IMG/VR virus record: IMGVR_UViG_3300037755_000790
Span: 1-57,730 of that record
From: a virus
Taxonomy: Duplodnaviria; Caudoviricetes
Strand: one strand, 5' to 3'
Length of the DNA: 57,730 bases
Positions 17,408 through 27,452 of the stretch are shown here, piece by piece (the stretch's first letter is position 1; each line of letters opens with the position of its first letter). The notes under the pieces were generated by a model. It was not told the origin of the DNA. It was given only the letters and a program-made list of their open reading frames with translations, and searched no databases. Both the position numbers and the translations under genes were made by a program.

Positions 17408-17548
17408 TCAGCCGCGTGCGGCTGTGGTGCGTAGGCAGTTACGGCACGTGACCACGGCGAGGCTTTTGCTGCTGGTGACCATCTGACTTCCCCAACGCCG
17501 GCCGCCACCGCAGGCGTAGCCGTGAGGCAGTCGCCAGTGCACCGCCAT
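17408..17548 (-). CDS. small Zn-binding peptide
   Basis: VH...ACG...VTC..C; TGATG coupling. Confidence 0.5.
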   Translation of the reverse strand: MAVHWRLPHGYACGGGRRWGSQMVTSSKSLAVVTCRNCLRTTAARG

Positions 17549-17742
17549 CAGTCGCCTACCGCGCCCATCACGTCGAACTCGCCGGCCTTGACGCCGGCCG
17601 CGAACGCCGACCACTCGGCCGGCGTCAACCGGACCACGGGGCCTTCCGGGTCGCGGGAGTTGCGGATCAGGACCTCGCCGCCGAAGTAGGCCACCTCACC
17701 GCACGCGCCGGTGTCACATGCCATGGAGCGGCGCCAGATCAC
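17548..17742 (-). CDS. DUF397 family protein
   Basis: WRRS..C..G.C.EVA.....IRNS.DP.GP.......W.AF..GVK.GEF. Confidence 0.85.
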   Translation of the reverse strand: MIWRRSMACDTGACGEVAYFGGEVLIRNSRDPEGPVVRLTPAEWSAFAAGVKAGEFDVMGAVGD

Positions 17743-17966
17743 CGGTCGGTCACCAGCGACGGGGACGATGAGTCCCCGACCCGCGACGAGACGACCGACG
17801 TCAGCACCGACAGGGCCGCGGCGCCGAGTGCGATCGAGCCCGCCGCGCCCCAGTTGGCGTGCCACGCGTCGAAGACCTGATCGCCTCCGAGATAGACGAG
17901 GAGACCCTGCGCGGCGGACTTGGCGGCGCGCTCGAGTGTTTCCGTCCAGAACTTCACGGTGAGCAT
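17739..17966 (-). CDS. holin (r1t-like)
   Basis: FW....ERA.K..AQ...SVLTS.VS....SPSL; AGGAGG RBS. Confidence 0.85.
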   Translation of the reverse strand: MLTVKFWTETLERAAKSAAQGLLVYLGGDQVFDAWHANWGAAGSIALGAAALSVLTSVVSSRVGDSSSPSLVTDR

Positions 17967-17989
17967 TACTACCTCCTAGTTGCCGGGGA

Positions 17990-18346
17990 TCACGCGTAGT
18001 CGACCCAGACGATGCGGCCGTTGAGCCAGCCGAGGTTGTCGCGCTTCCGGTCGCCGACATGCGTCAAGCCGATCGCGTCGAACTCCTCGGCGGTCAGATC
18101 CGTCGTGACCGGCTCGCAGCGCGGGTAGACGTTGACGACGCCGAGGAACGACCACAGCACCGGGCACGCGCCCGGCATACAGGACCACTCCAACTCGGTC
18201 AGGTTCGCCGCGATGCCCCAAGCGATCGACCGCATCCGGCCGTGTGGACTCTTCGCGTCGACCGAGCCACCGCGTAGCGATGGGACCTTGATCGCGTACC
18301 GGCGGGTCAGGAACACGGTCCTTGTGACACCTCGCCGGACATCCAC
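17990..18346 (-). CDS. minimal protein-kinase-like protein
   Basis: G..R.V, YAIK, N..E, DRKRDNLG, VDY motifs in 118 aa. Confidence 0.6.
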   Translation of the reverse strand: MDVRRGVTRTVFLTRRYAIKVPSLRGGSVDAKSPHGRMRSIAWGIAANLTELEWSCMPGACPVLWSFLGVVNVYPRCEPVTTDLTAEEFDAIGLTHVGDRKRDNLGWLNGRIVWVDYA

Positions 18347-18368
18347 AACCGCTCCTGTCGTAGTTGGC

Positions 18369-18650
18369 CTAGCGGCGGTGGCGGGGTGGAGGACGTCGAC
18401 CGGACGGCGGTATGCCGTTCGGCTGCGGCTGCACCCACGTCGGGATCGACGGTGGTGGAGGCTCGTGGTAGCCGGCCACGTGGTCTTCCACCTCGGCGCG
18501 GATGATGGCCGGCAGGTTGTCGAGTGCCTCATTGGCCCGGTCGAGTTTGCGTCCGATGTGCCATAGCCAACGCACAGCCGCTCCGATCAGCCCCAGCGCG
18601 ACAAGCACCACGCTGAGGTCGCCAGCGAAGTCGACTACCGCGTCAGGCAT
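18369..18650 (-). CDS. membrane protein of the lysis cassette
   Basis: N-terminal TM helix plus short coiled coil. Confidence 0.6.
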   Translation of the reverse strand: MPDAVVDFAGDLSVVLVALGLIGAAVRWLWHIGRKLDRANEALDNLPAIIRAEVEDHVAGYHEPPPPSIPTWVQPQPNGIPPSGRRPPPRHRR

Positions 18651-18710
18651 GTGGGGTCCACTTCGGTCCGTGCGTGCCGTCGGCGGGGGCTAGGCCGAGG
18701 CGGGATGTTG

Positions 18711-19226
18711 TCAGTTCGACGCGACGATGACGGCCACGACCACGCCGATCAGGGTCAGGATCAGGCCGCCGAGACCGAACATCATCGCCCAACTGGCGTT
18801 GACGCCCGCGCCCCGTTGGCGGAAGCCGAACAACTCCTCCTTGAGAGCGTTGACGACCTTCTCCAGCGCCTCGACCTGCTCCCGAGTGGCGACGCCCACC
18901 CGCAACTCATTGAGCAGCTCAAAGCGCTTGTCGTCCGCCACCCGCGCGGTGGACATGGCCTTGTCGGAGGCGGCCATGGCCTTCTCGCCAGCCCGCTCGG
19001 CGGCGTCCATGGCTGCCTTCATGGCGGTCTGGGATGCGGTCATGGCGGTTTTGACGGCCTCGGTCTGTGCGTCGTAGCGTTGCTGGTCGCGCTTGTCCTT
19101 CTCCGCGAGGAGTGCGTTGATGCGTCGGTCCTGCTCGTCGAGGAGCTTCTGGAAGTGTTCCGGCCACGACGGGCCGGACGCGTCGTAGCCAAGCGCGGCG
19201 GCGTCCAGGGTCCGCTTACGCCCCAC
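18711..19226 (-). CDS. coiled-coil protein with C-terminal TM helix (lysis accessory)
   Basis: Ala-rich coiled coil and hydrophobic C-terminus; position after the endolysin. Confidence 0.65.
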   Translation of the reverse strand: MGRKRTLDAAALGYDASGPSWPEHFQKLLDEQDRRINALLAEKDKRDQQRYDAQTEAVKTAMTASQTAMKAAMDAAERAGEKAMAASDKAMSTARVADDKRFELLNELRVGVATREQVEALEKVVNALKEELFGFRQRGAGVNASWAMMFGLGGLILTLIGVVVAVIVASN

Positions 19227-19250
19227 GGCTCGCCCCCGGTTTCCTCGGCG

Positions 19251-20129
19251 CTACGGGGCGTCAGCGCGTACAGCCGGGGCGCCACCCTCAAGGGCGTCCG
19301 CTACGGCGTCGCGGGTGTCGGTCTCGGTCGCGGCCCGCAGCGACGCGAGCCGGTTGTCGACTCCGGCGAGGATCGCCGCCGTGTCGACCGTTCCGCCACC
19401 GGCTGTGATCGCCGCGGCGAGCTGCTCGACGACGACGGACAGCGCCTTTACCGCGGCGACGGTCCCGTTGGCCGTCGTCAACGCCGGGAACTTGTCCCCG
19501 TTCGACGCGGTGAACGCCGGCACGGTCACCGACGCCTTGCCGGACAGGACCCCCTCAAGCCGGTAGTTGATGACATGGAGTACGTACTCCTGGCGCGGGG
19601 TCATGTCGTCGTCCTCTCCGGTGATGATGTCGCCGAGCAGGTCCATCTGTCCGGCGTCGTCGCAGAACGCCGTCCAGACACCCACGTGCAGGTGGTACAG
19701 GTGACTCGAGTCCGACGACGACACGTGCCCGTCGAACCAGCCGGTTACGTGTGTGCCGTCCTTGGTACCGAACCACTCCGCGACGGACGGCAGCCGGCCG
19801 GCCTTGACGGCGGCGTCGAGTTGGGCGGATGCGGCGCGGAGCTCGGCGCCGGAGATCCCGACGTCGGTGGCGCGGAGCCAGTTCGCGTCGCCGGCCTTGT
19901 CCCGGGCGTCGCGGTTGCCGTACGTCCGATCGGTGCAGTAGGCCGAGTTCGCCACCCAGGCGCGGGAGCGGTGCCGGCCGCGCAGGTGGTTTTGGTCCCC
20001 TTTAGACCCGGTTTCGGCGCGAGTATGGCCATAGTGCTCGCGCAACCGGGCGTTGAACGCGGCGTGCGCCGGTGCCTCGCGCTCGGCGCCCCACCACGGT
20101 TCTTGCTCGAGTTGGAGTCTCGTCGGCAC
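19251..20129 (-). CDS. putative endolysin (His-rich Zn peptidase, M15-like)
   Basis: GD..H..G.H, A.D and SDSSHLYHLH motifs; first gene of the lysis cassette. Confidence 0.7.
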   Translation of the reverse strand: MPTRLQLEQEPWWGAEREAPAHAAFNARLREHYGHTRAETGSKGDQNHLRGRHRSRAWVANSAYCTDRTYGNRDARDKAGDANWLRATDVGISGAELRAASAQLDAAVKAGRLPSVAEWFGTKDGTHVTGWFDGHVSSSDSSHLYHLHVGVWTAFCDDAGQMDLLGDIITGEDDDMTPRQEYVLHVINYRLEGVLSGKASVTVPAFTASNGDKFPALTTANGTVAAVKALSVVVEQLAAAITAGGGTVDTAAILAGVDNRLASLRAATETDTRDAVADALEGGAPAVRADAP

Positions 20130-20141
20130 GGTTTTGCCTCC

Positions 20142-20402
20142 TCAGCAGACCTGGGCGTTGTGGGAGGCGTAGTAGGCGGACTGGGCGATCTGAACGTGGG
20201 TCGCGCTGGTGAGGAACGTGTCGAACTCGGTCAGCCACTGGTCGCCGAGGACACACCACTGGGTCGTACCGGGTTCGGTCTCGAACTGGGCCACGGCGGT
20301 TCCAGCGCGTGTGTGCCACTCGTCGGCCCGTGCGGCCGAGGCGGGAGACGCGACGAGCAGTGACGCGAGGACGACGACGAGGCACGCCCAGACGCGCCTC
20401 AT
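20142..20402 (-). CDS. small secreted protein
   Basis: signal peptide ending ASA/ARA; two Cys in the mature part; ATGA-coupled. Confidence 0.55.
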   Translation of the reverse strand: MRRVWACLVVVLASLLVASPASAARADEWHTRAGTAVAQFETEPGTTQWCVLGDQWLTEFDTFLTSATHVQIAQSAYYASHNAQVC

Positions 20403-20935
20403 GCCACTTGGTCGAGTCGCAGTTTCGAACTGGCCTTGACGGTGGTCACGTTGCCCCCGGATGTGTTCTGCGCCGCCATGACCTGGAGGCTGCCGGCCGC
20501 GGAACCGACAGTCAGGCGGAACGGGATGATGATGTTGGAGTTGCTGGTGCCCAGGCCGAACGGTCGGGCGGTGGAAGCGGACGTCGCCGCAGGCGTCGCG
20601 ACCCAGGTGCCCTGCGCGTTGGTGCCCGTCGCCGCCGTCTCCGGGCCGATGTTGAAGAAGTCGAAGGTGGCGTCGGTCGGGAACGAGAACGCGATCTTGA
20701 TGTCTTCGGTGGTGCCGGCCGCGTTGACGGCGACGATGATCAGCTCGCCGTCGTAGGACCGGTTCGCCTCGACCGGTGCGACCAGGTCGTCGACGTCGAC
20801 GAGCGTCGTCGACGACGCGGCGAGGGCCTGGTCGGACGCCATCCGCGCCACGATCGGCCGGACCTCGACGATCAGCCGCCCAAAGACGGAGGCGCGGATC
20901 TTCGCCCCGGCGGGTGGGATCGCGGTCAGCGCCAC
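20399..20935 (-). CDS. minor tail protein
   Basis: PAGAKIRAS N-terminus, beta-rich body; follows the large tail gene. Confidence 0.7.
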   Translation of the reverse strand: MALTAIPPAGAKIRASVFGRLIVEVRPIVARMASDQALAASSTTLVDVDDLVAPVEANRSYDGELIIVAVNAAGTTEDIKIAFSFPTDATFDFFNIGPETAATGTNAQGTWVATPAATSASTARPFGLGTSNSNIIIPFRLTVGSAAGSLQVMAAQNTSGGNVTTVKASSKLRLDQVA

Positions 20936-20941
20936 GACGAC

Positions 20942-23900
20942 TCACAAGGCCTGGACATAAGACTGCACCTCGATTTTCGTTCCAGCCGAATGCGCTTTGG
21001 TGACGCCGTTCGTAGCGCGGGTGGTGACGGTCAGGGTCTGGTAGCCGGCGGCCAACGCGACGACGGCGCCACGGGAGATCGCCGTCCCACCACCGGTGGT
21101 GACGACAAGGCTTCCCTCGTTGATCACGAGGGGTGTCGTGTCAATCCGGTAGGCCAGATACAGGCCTTGGTCGTTCGCCGTGGTGGACGACGCCTCCAGC
21201 GCCTCGGTCCAACCCGACGGGACGGCGATGGACGTGTAGTCGTCCTGCCGCCACCCGACCAGCAGGTTGATACAGCCCTCCACGAGGCGGGTGTACAGGC
21301 CGGGGTAGGCGATGTTCGTCGCCGCGGCGTTGAGCAGTGTCAGTGAGTCGACGACGATATCGGCGAGGTTGGTCAGTGTGGACGGTGTGCCACGGAACCC
21401 GGCGGTGAACGCGGTCACGGTGTCGCCGGCGGCACCGCCGGACGGTGTGACGGTCGGGTTTGACTCCGATCCCGTGTGGACCTTCGCGAACAGTTGGACG
21501 TTGTCGACGGCGTTGAACACCGGCAGGCGGGTGTAGCCGGTCGGGGTGGCCAGGGTTCCGGTGCCGGAGGAACGGATCGCGGCCACGATCACGATCAGGT
21601 CCCGTGTCGATCCGCCCGCGTACAGGGCCGGGGTGACGGCGGCGTTGTCGGCGCTGGAGGCCGCGCCGACGGCGACGAACGTGCCGGGGGTGGTCGTGAT
21701 CGCCGACACGGTGGCCGTCTCACCGCCGCCGGCGATGGTCGGTCCGCCGGACACGAGACGGATGTTGAGGGGGAAGTCGTCCGGATCGCCACCGGCCCCG
21801 TCGGAGACACCGACGTTGTCCCACGACATCGTGATCGGGACGTTGGTGTTGCCGGCCTCGGCCCGGCTCCCGACGGCGATGAGCGTGCCCGACGTCAGGT
21901 CGGGGGTGGTGTCCTCGTAGGACGCCATCCACGACACCGGGTCGTCCTCGGACGCCGGGATCCACGCGCGGGCGCCCATGACGAGTTTGCCGCTGGCCTC
22001 GGTGCGGCCGGCGAACCGCACCCGGTAGATCGTGTCCGCGACGTATGAGCTGTCCACGGTGAACGTGGTGACGAGCGTCGTCAGGACGGTCGCGACACGC
22101 TGGTTGAGACTCATCACCACGACGCCGGCGGTGTTCAGGTCCAGCCGGCAGACGTAGTAGTTGGCGGTGTCGGTGTACCGGCCGCAGATCCACCGGGTCA
22201 GTGACGCCGTCGTGGCCGAGTTCACCGGCCACGACAAGTCGACGGTGATGTCCCAGTTGATCGACGAAATGTCGAGGGTCGACTCGCGCAGTACGTTCGC
22301 CACGGCGTGGACGTGCTGGCCCTGGGTGCCGCTGACGGTGAACGTGGACGCGACACCACCGGCGGCGCCCCACACCTGCCCGCCGTCGCTCGTTCCCCAC
22401 GCGGACGACGAGGAGCGGGTGAACGTGTCCCAGCCGAGGCGGGTCGTCCACCGTTGCCGGTTCGGGTCGATCTCGACACTCAGGCCGGAGTCGGTGATCG
22501 CCTGCCGGATGGCGGCCGGCTCGTCCTCGGCGTACCGGCCGATCCACTCATTCGCGTCACCGTTCTCGCCCGCGTACTCGCCGACCTTGTACGGGGCGAA
22601 CGGGGCGCAGTTGAGGGTGGCACTCCACCCGAACGGGCCGAACGTTTCCGCCCAGCCTTCGACGATGACGTCGATCGGCTCGCGCGACAGGCCGGTGGGG
22701 GGGTTGGCGACAGTGATCCGGGAACCGACCTCTATGCCGATCCAGTCGGGGATCAGCGACGGGTTGCGGGCGAAGTCGAGCGTCAACCGCGGGAACCGCA
22801 ACCCCTCAACAGTGCCGAGGTTCACCCGCCAGCCGGCTTGGTGGATGAGGTCGGAGTCGAGTTCGACGTTGACGGTGACCGAGTCGTCGTAGGTGCCGAT
22901 CAGGGCGGGGGTGAGTCTGCCGTAGTCCTTGACGTACCGGGCCGACGAACCTGACGGTGTTGTCGGGTTGGACGACCCACCCGACCTGCTGGCTGTGACG
23001 TCGTTGCGGATCCACTGGTCGTCGTCCTGCGGATCGAACGGCGGGTTCAGGTGTTTGAGGTCGTGGTCGAGTGCCATGTCGACGGCGCGGTTCTCGATGT
23101 CGGTGTGATAGAAGATCCGCAGTTGTGAGCCGAAGGCCGTTGGGTCGCGGTTGTCGAGCAGTCGGCCGTCGGTCACTGCTTCCGCCTCGCGGAGAATCTG
23201 CATGAGGGTCGCGACCGGCTGCGGACCCATGGTGTCCACGGTGATCGAGTCGGGCTCGACGCTTATGCCCTCTTCGTCGGTAAGCCGCAGTACCCGAGCG
23301 AAGGCTAGCTCTCCGTCATACCCGTTGAGCGACGTCGAGTCGAGGTCTGCGAAGTTGAACGGATCCAGTGACACGTCCCACGCCGCCCAGTGGCCCACGT
23401 GGATTCCGTTGAGTTTGTCGCTGGCGGGCAGACCCACCCGCAGCACAGTGCCCGTGATCCCGGATGTCGATGCGATCACGCCGCTACCGCTGCCGTCGTC
23501 GAGGTTCCACGATGCCGTGTAGTCGATGTTGGTACCGTTTTGCACCGCGCTGGCCGCGTAGAGGATCCAGAGGCCGTACGGTTCGGTAACGGTGTTGATG
23601 ACGAACTGGTTGACGTCGTTCAGCTGCCGAACGCCGCTGGAGTCGTAGGCCTCCAGTGAGATCGTGTCCGGCGAACCCGGGGCCAACACCAACTGCCACA
23701 TCGGCAGGGACCCGCTGGTGTACCAGCGCAGAATCGCCGTCTCGGCGGTGACGGCGGCCGGGAAGTTAAGGACGTTGGCGACCATCCACTCGCCGGTGGC
23801 GGTGTGGGTGGGGACCACACCGTTGAGGGTGGGGTGCGTGACGAACACCGGAAGCGGCGCCGACCCGTCGGGGCCGTCGTCGGCGAGCGTGATCCCGTCG

Positions 23901-24454
23901 CCGAACTCCATCGGTTTACCGCCGAAGAACTCGGCGAACGACGTGGAACCCGACGGGTCCTCGCACGGCCAGTACGCCTTTGGCGGTGTCGACGTGCCGG
24001 AGATCGATCGTGTCAACGCCGACCGCAGTGGCGACTTGTTCCGCCCCAACCGGCGGGTGACCCCGGCCGCCGTTACCCGCACGTACCGGTCGGTTTCCTT
24101 GTCGTTCCACGACGGCGGTAGTGCGGCGACGAAGGCCGTGATGCGGATGGACGGCGTTCCCTCGGACACCGTGAACCGGACCGGCGTCCCCAACCCGATC
24201 TGCCCGTACCAGGCGCCGATCGGATTGTGGGCACACCACCGGCCGTCACGGTTGTCGACGGTGAAATTGAGTTGATCCGGCGCGGCCTGGAGTACGCCAC
24301 CCAAACGGCCGTGGGTGAACATGACCGGGTTTGCTTCCACGATCCGCACGTAGTCGGTGACGTCCGTCCACGCCCAGTCCGACGGGTCGGCGGTCAGGTC
24401 GGCGCCGAGCGCCGCCTCGGCCAGGATCGGCAGGCGCGTACCGGGGAACGCCAT
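20942..24454 (-). CDS. large minor tail / tail-tip protein
   Basis: follows the tape measure gene; WTDVT.YV, LDNRDGR, AYWPCED (LamG-like), R..NGV.KAH..G end. Confidence 0.85.
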   Translation of the reverse strand: MAFPGTRLPILAEAALGADLTADPSDWAWTDVTDYVRIVEANPVMFTHGRLGGVLQAAPDQLNFTVDNRDGRWCAHNPIGAWYGQIGLGTPVRFTVSEGTPSIRITAFVAALPPSWNDKETDRYVRVTAAGVTRRLGRNKSPLRSALTRSISGTSTPPKAYWPCEDPSGSTSFAEFFGGKPMEFGDGITLADDGPDGSAPLPVFVTHPTLNGVVPTHTATGEWMVANVLNFPAAVTAETAILRWYTSGSLPMWQLVLAPGSPDTISLEAYDSSGVRQLNDVNQFVINTVTEPYGLWILYAASAVQNGTNIDYTASWNLDDGSGSGVIASTSGITGTVLRVGLPASDKLNGIHVGHWAAWDVSLDPFNFADLDSTSLNGYDGELAFARVLRLTDEEGISVEPDSITVDTMGPQPVATLMQILREAEAVTDGRLLDNRDPTAFGSQLRIFYHTDIENRAVDMALDHDLKHLNPPFDPQDDDQWIRNDVTASRSGGSSNPTTPSGSSARYVKDYGRLTPALIGTYDDSVTVNVELDSDLIHQAGWRVNLGTVEGLRFPRLTLDFARNPSLIPDWIGIEVGSRITVANPPTGLSREPIDVIVEGWAETFGPFGWSATLNCAPFAPYKVGEYAGENGDANEWIGRYAEDEPAAIRQAITDSGLSVEIDPNRQRWTTRLGWDTFTRSSSSAWGTSDGGQVWGAAGGVASTFTVSGTQGQHVHAVANVLRESTLDISSINWDITVDLSWPVNSATTASLTRWICGRYTDTANYYVCRLDLNTAGVVVMSLNQRVATVLTTLVTTFTVDSSYVADTIYRVRFAGRTEASGKLVMGARAWIPASEDDPVSWMASYEDTTPDLTSGTLIAVGSRAEAGNTNVPITMSWDNVGVSDGAGGDPDDFPLNIRLVSGGPTIAGGGETATVSAITTTPGTFVAVGAASSADNAAVTPALYAGGSTRDLIVIVAAIRSSGTGTLATPTGYTRLPVFNAVDNVQLFAKVHTGSESNPTVTPSGGAAGDTVTAFTAGFRGTPSTLTNLADIVVDSLTLLNAAATNIAYPGLYTRLVEGCINLLVGWRQDDYTSIAVPSGWTEALEASSTTANDQGLYLAYRIDTTPLVINEGSLVVTTGGGTAISRGAVVALAAGYQTLTVTTRATNGVTKAHSAGTKIEVQSYVQAL

Positions 24455-26431
24455 CTAGTCCCGGATCCCCAACACGGCCAGCGTTCCACCGCGCGCCTGA
24501 ACCTGCTCAGAGAACCACGAGAAGAACAGGTGCTCCATGCTCCCGGTGAAGTAGGCCGGACGGGCGGACATCTGACTCCCACCGCTCACCGGGGACAGGT
24601 TCGCCGGATGGACCATCCCGTTGGCGGGGAACGTCACCCGCTCCTTCGCGTTCTCGTTGATGTCATAACTCACGCCCGCCATGACCGTACCGCCGGCCGC
24701 CTTCCCGCCACCGTAGATCGTCACCGGGACCGTCACCGGGACCTCGCTCTGACGTTCCTGGTTGCGGAGCGTCGACCACGCCATGACCTGCTTGCCGACA
24801 GCGGTCTGACGGAAGATGAACTCCACCTTGTACGTACCGGCGAGGTCGGCGATGACGTCCGCGGACGCGCCCGCGGCGTCGGCCATCTCCTCGAGTTTCT
24901 TGATTCCCTTGTCGTAGGCGGCGTTGGCCTTCTTGATCGACGCCTCGGAGCCGTCGCCCGCCGCGATGTCCGCGTCTCGCTTGTCCTTCAACGCCTGCAC
25001 CTGGTCGAGGAGCATCTGCCGGTGCTTCAGACCTTCATCCGTGCTTTCCCGCCAGTCGACCTTGCCCTTCTTGAACTCTTCCTTGAGTTCCATCAGGCCC
25101 CGCTTCAACGCGAGGTTCGCCTCGTCGACGCTCATCGCGATGCCGAACATCTTGTCGAATTCCTTGTTGGACGCCGCCAGGGCGTCGGCGAGGCGCTCGG
25201 CGTCCTTGGACGTGTCGAGCGTCGCCGCGCCGAACTCGAGGACGGTCACCATCGCGCTCGGCATGCGGTCCTTGAAGTCGGTCACCATCTGGCTGAGGCC
25301 GTGGAAGATCCCGCCAAGTCCACCCTCGCCGAGAGCATCGGCCGCGTCGCCGATGAACCGCGTCGTGTCCTCGATCATGTTGAGCATGTCCATGTAGCGG
25401 TCCGAGAACCACTCCAGAACCGTGCCCGTCGTCGTGATCGTCGCCGCGAGGAAGTCGAATAGCGCTTGCAGCCCAGCTAGCGCGCCCTCCGACCGCGACG
25501 ACTTGTCGAAGAAGTTCCCCAGTGCCGTGCCGATGTCCCCCATGCCGGCGGCGAAGACCACGGCGAACGGCGTCGCGCGTTCCAGCATCTTGTTGAAGCC
25601 GGGCATGAAGTTGCGGGCCAGGTCCGCGATACCCTCGGCAACGAGTTCGATCGACGGCGCCGCCAACTCGAACGAGTGCGCCAAGTTCAGGTCCGAGAAC
25701 GCGGCTCTGAGGATCGACAGCGACTTAATGACCTCGGGAACCAGCCCAGCCCCGGCGGCGACGAACACGTCCCCGATAGCCGAGCCCATCTCCGCCGCGG
25801 CCTCTTTGACACCCGGCGACTGGAACGCGGCGATGACACCGCCGGCCACACCCAGTGTTCCACCGAGACCGGCGACCGAACCGGCGAGCATGGCACCGAT
25901 GGCCGGGCCGGCTATGACGGCCGCCTCGACCAGACCCACGATCAGACCGGCCATCACCGCCTGCCCGATGGCGCCGGTCGAACTAGCCAGATCGCCCAAC
26001 CCGGCGGCGACTCCTGAGCCGAGTCTGGCCGCGGCGGCGCCGGTCGTGGCCATGTCGGACCCCAGGTCGACGATCTCGCGTCGGACCCGGCGGACACTGT
26101 CGCCACCCTCGTCGCCGAGCTCCGCCAAGCCTTTGGTGATCCGGCCCGGGATGATGGGCACGTCGTCGCCGAGGTCGCGGAGACTCTTCGCGGCCTTGTC
26201 GGTCTTGGCGGCGGTCCGGTCGAACTCGATGCCCAACTCGTGGATGTGATCCGTGAGTTCCTCGGTCTGGGCGTCGAGGGCCTTCGACTCCTTGCCCGTC
26301 GCCTTGAACGAAGCGCCGAGATCGTCGGAGGATTCGGTGGTGTCGTCGAGCTGGTCGGCGGCCTTCGTCAGCCCCTTACCGTCCGCCGTCGTGGCGACGT
26401 GGAGCTCCAGGTCACTCCGCCCAGCTACCAT
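24455..26431 (-). CDS. tape measure protein
   Basis: Ala/Gly-rich helical protein after the tail chaperone; C-terminal A.GG.V..G..Y.INE...E. Confidence 0.85.
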   Translation of the reverse strand: MVAGRSDLELHVATTADGKGLTKAADQLDDTTESSDDLGASFKATGKESKALDAQTEELTDHIHELGIEFDRTAAKTDKAAKSLRDLGDDVPIIPGRITKGLAELGDEGGDSVRRVRREIVDLGSDMATTGAAAARLGSGVAAGLGDLASSTGAIGQAVMAGLIVGLVEAAVIAGPAIGAMLAGSVAGLGGTLGVAGGVIAAFQSPGVKEAAAEMGSAIGDVFVAAGAGLVPEVIKSLSILRAAFSDLNLAHSFELAAPSIELVAEGIADLARNFMPGFNKMLERATPFAVVFAAGMGDIGTALGNFFDKSSRSEGALAGLQALFDFLAATITTTGTVLEWFSDRYMDMLNMIEDTTRFIGDAADALGEGGLGGIFHGLSQMVTDFKDRMPSAMVTVLEFGAATLDTSKDAERLADALAASNKEFDKMFGIAMSVDEANLALKRGLMELKEEFKKGKVDWRESTDEGLKHRQMLLDQVQALKDKRDADIAAGDGSEASIKKANAAYDKGIKKLEEMADAAGASADVIADLAGTYKVEFIFRQTAVGKQVMAWSTLRNQERQSEVPVTVPVTIYGGGKAAGGTVMAGVSYDINENAKERVTFPANGMVHPANLSPVSGGSQMSARPAYFTGSMEHLFFSWFSEQVQARGGTLAVLGIRD

Positions 26432-26630
26432 CCTCGTCCCCCCAGTCCTCGCCTACGTCGGGGGTTTTCAGGCCCAACTTCCAATCGACGAAGCGGCGGC
26501 GTTCCCACCACTCCGACCACGGCATTCGGTCTACGACTTCGCGCGTGACCTGCGGCCAGATGTGCTCGAAGGCGTAGTCGTAGAGCTGGCGCGTGGTCTG
26601 GAGACTTTCGCCGGGATGGAGTCTTTTCCC
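26412..26630 (-). other. programmed -1 frameshift (GGGAAAA at 26624-26630) and GT extension
   Basis: in-frame G GGA AAA; the -1 frame is open for 70 codons (RLHPGESLQ...SWAE) to a TGA at 26412-26414. Confidence 0.85.
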
Positions 26631-26980
26631 GGACTCTCGGGTGGCTCTTCGCCCGGCTTGTACTTACGCCAACCCACGTGGAGCATCCGGGCTGTCCCGG
26701 CCTCGTCCCACGGCACCGGGGTTCCGTTCTGCCGCAACGTCAGCCACACCATGGCCTGGACCTGCCACCTCGGCGCCACCCGCTGCGCGTCCGGGCTACC
26801 GGCCTGCTCGAACGGGATCGCGCCGAAGAACGGCTCCGGCCACTCCATGTAGTCGAACCCGTGCCGCTCCGACAACTCCTGCAAATCCACGATGGAGATG
26901 TCGGCGAGGTCGAACTCCAGCCACTCCTCGGTCAGGCCCCAACGGGCCCGGTCCTTGTCCCCGAACGAGATGTACGGCAA
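26531..26980 (-). CDS. tail assembly chaperone (G product)
   Basis: position before the tape measure gene; contains CCG GGA AAA. Confidence 0.8.
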   Translation of the reverse strand: MPYISFGDKDRARWGLTEEWLEFDLADISIVDLQELSERHGFDYMEWPEPFFGAIPFEQAGSPDAQRVAPRWQVQAMVWLTLRQNGTPVPWDEAGTARMLHVGWRKYKPGEEPPESPGKDSIPAKVSRPRASSTTTPSSTSGRRSRAKS

Positions 26981-26984
26981 ATCC

Positions 26985-27449
26985 TCAGCCCCTCACTATG
27001 TCCGCTGCGATCTTGCCGATTTCACGGTCGAGCCCGTCGACGATCTGGCCCTTGACCAACTTCAGCGCGCCCTTCGCCAACCCCGCCTTGGTCCGGGTGA
27101 CGAACCAGTGGGACCGGTTGCCGAACAGCGGATGTCTTACGACGCCGCGTTCCAGCGCCGGCAGCTGCCGGCCCTTCGGCCCACCCGTAGGCGCCGACAG
27201 ATGGGCTGTGACACCCGGGTTACCGGCGAACGACACCGACGTGCGGACCTCAAGGTCTTTCACCAGTACCGGCGCGTAGCCGCTGGGCATGTACACCGGG
27301 GCCAGTTCTTTGACCTTCGGCAGGTAGACCTTCGTCACCACCCGGCCGGCGGCTGACACGATCCGACGCTGGATCCTCGCACCCTCGCGGCGTAGCGCCA
27401 TGGCTGTCTCGGAGACGTTCGCGACGCGAATGTCCAACGTGACAGCCAT
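26985..27449 (-). CDS. neck/tail-completion protein (HK97 gp10-like position)
   Basis: basic; G.VRHPLFGNR..W motif; synteny. Confidence 0.65.
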   Translation of the reverse strand: MAVTLDIRVANVSETAMALRREGARIQRRIVSAAGRVVTKVYLPKVKELAPVYMPSGYAPVLVKDLEVRTSVSFAGNPGVTAHLSAPTGGPKGRQLPALERGVVRHPLFGNRSHWFVTRTKAGLAKGALKLVKGQIVDGLDREIGKIAADIVRG

Positions 27450-27452
27450 GCG

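Noticed and set aside
18651-25462. Long plus-strand ORFs (e.g. 18651-20363, 24227-25462; also 55607-57283)
   Set aside because: Antisense shadows of high-GC minus-strand genes with no recognisable motifs
26412-26630. Chaperone -1 frame reading through into the tape measure gene
   Set aside because: Recount shows a TGA at 26412-26414; ordinary G/GT frameshift, not novel
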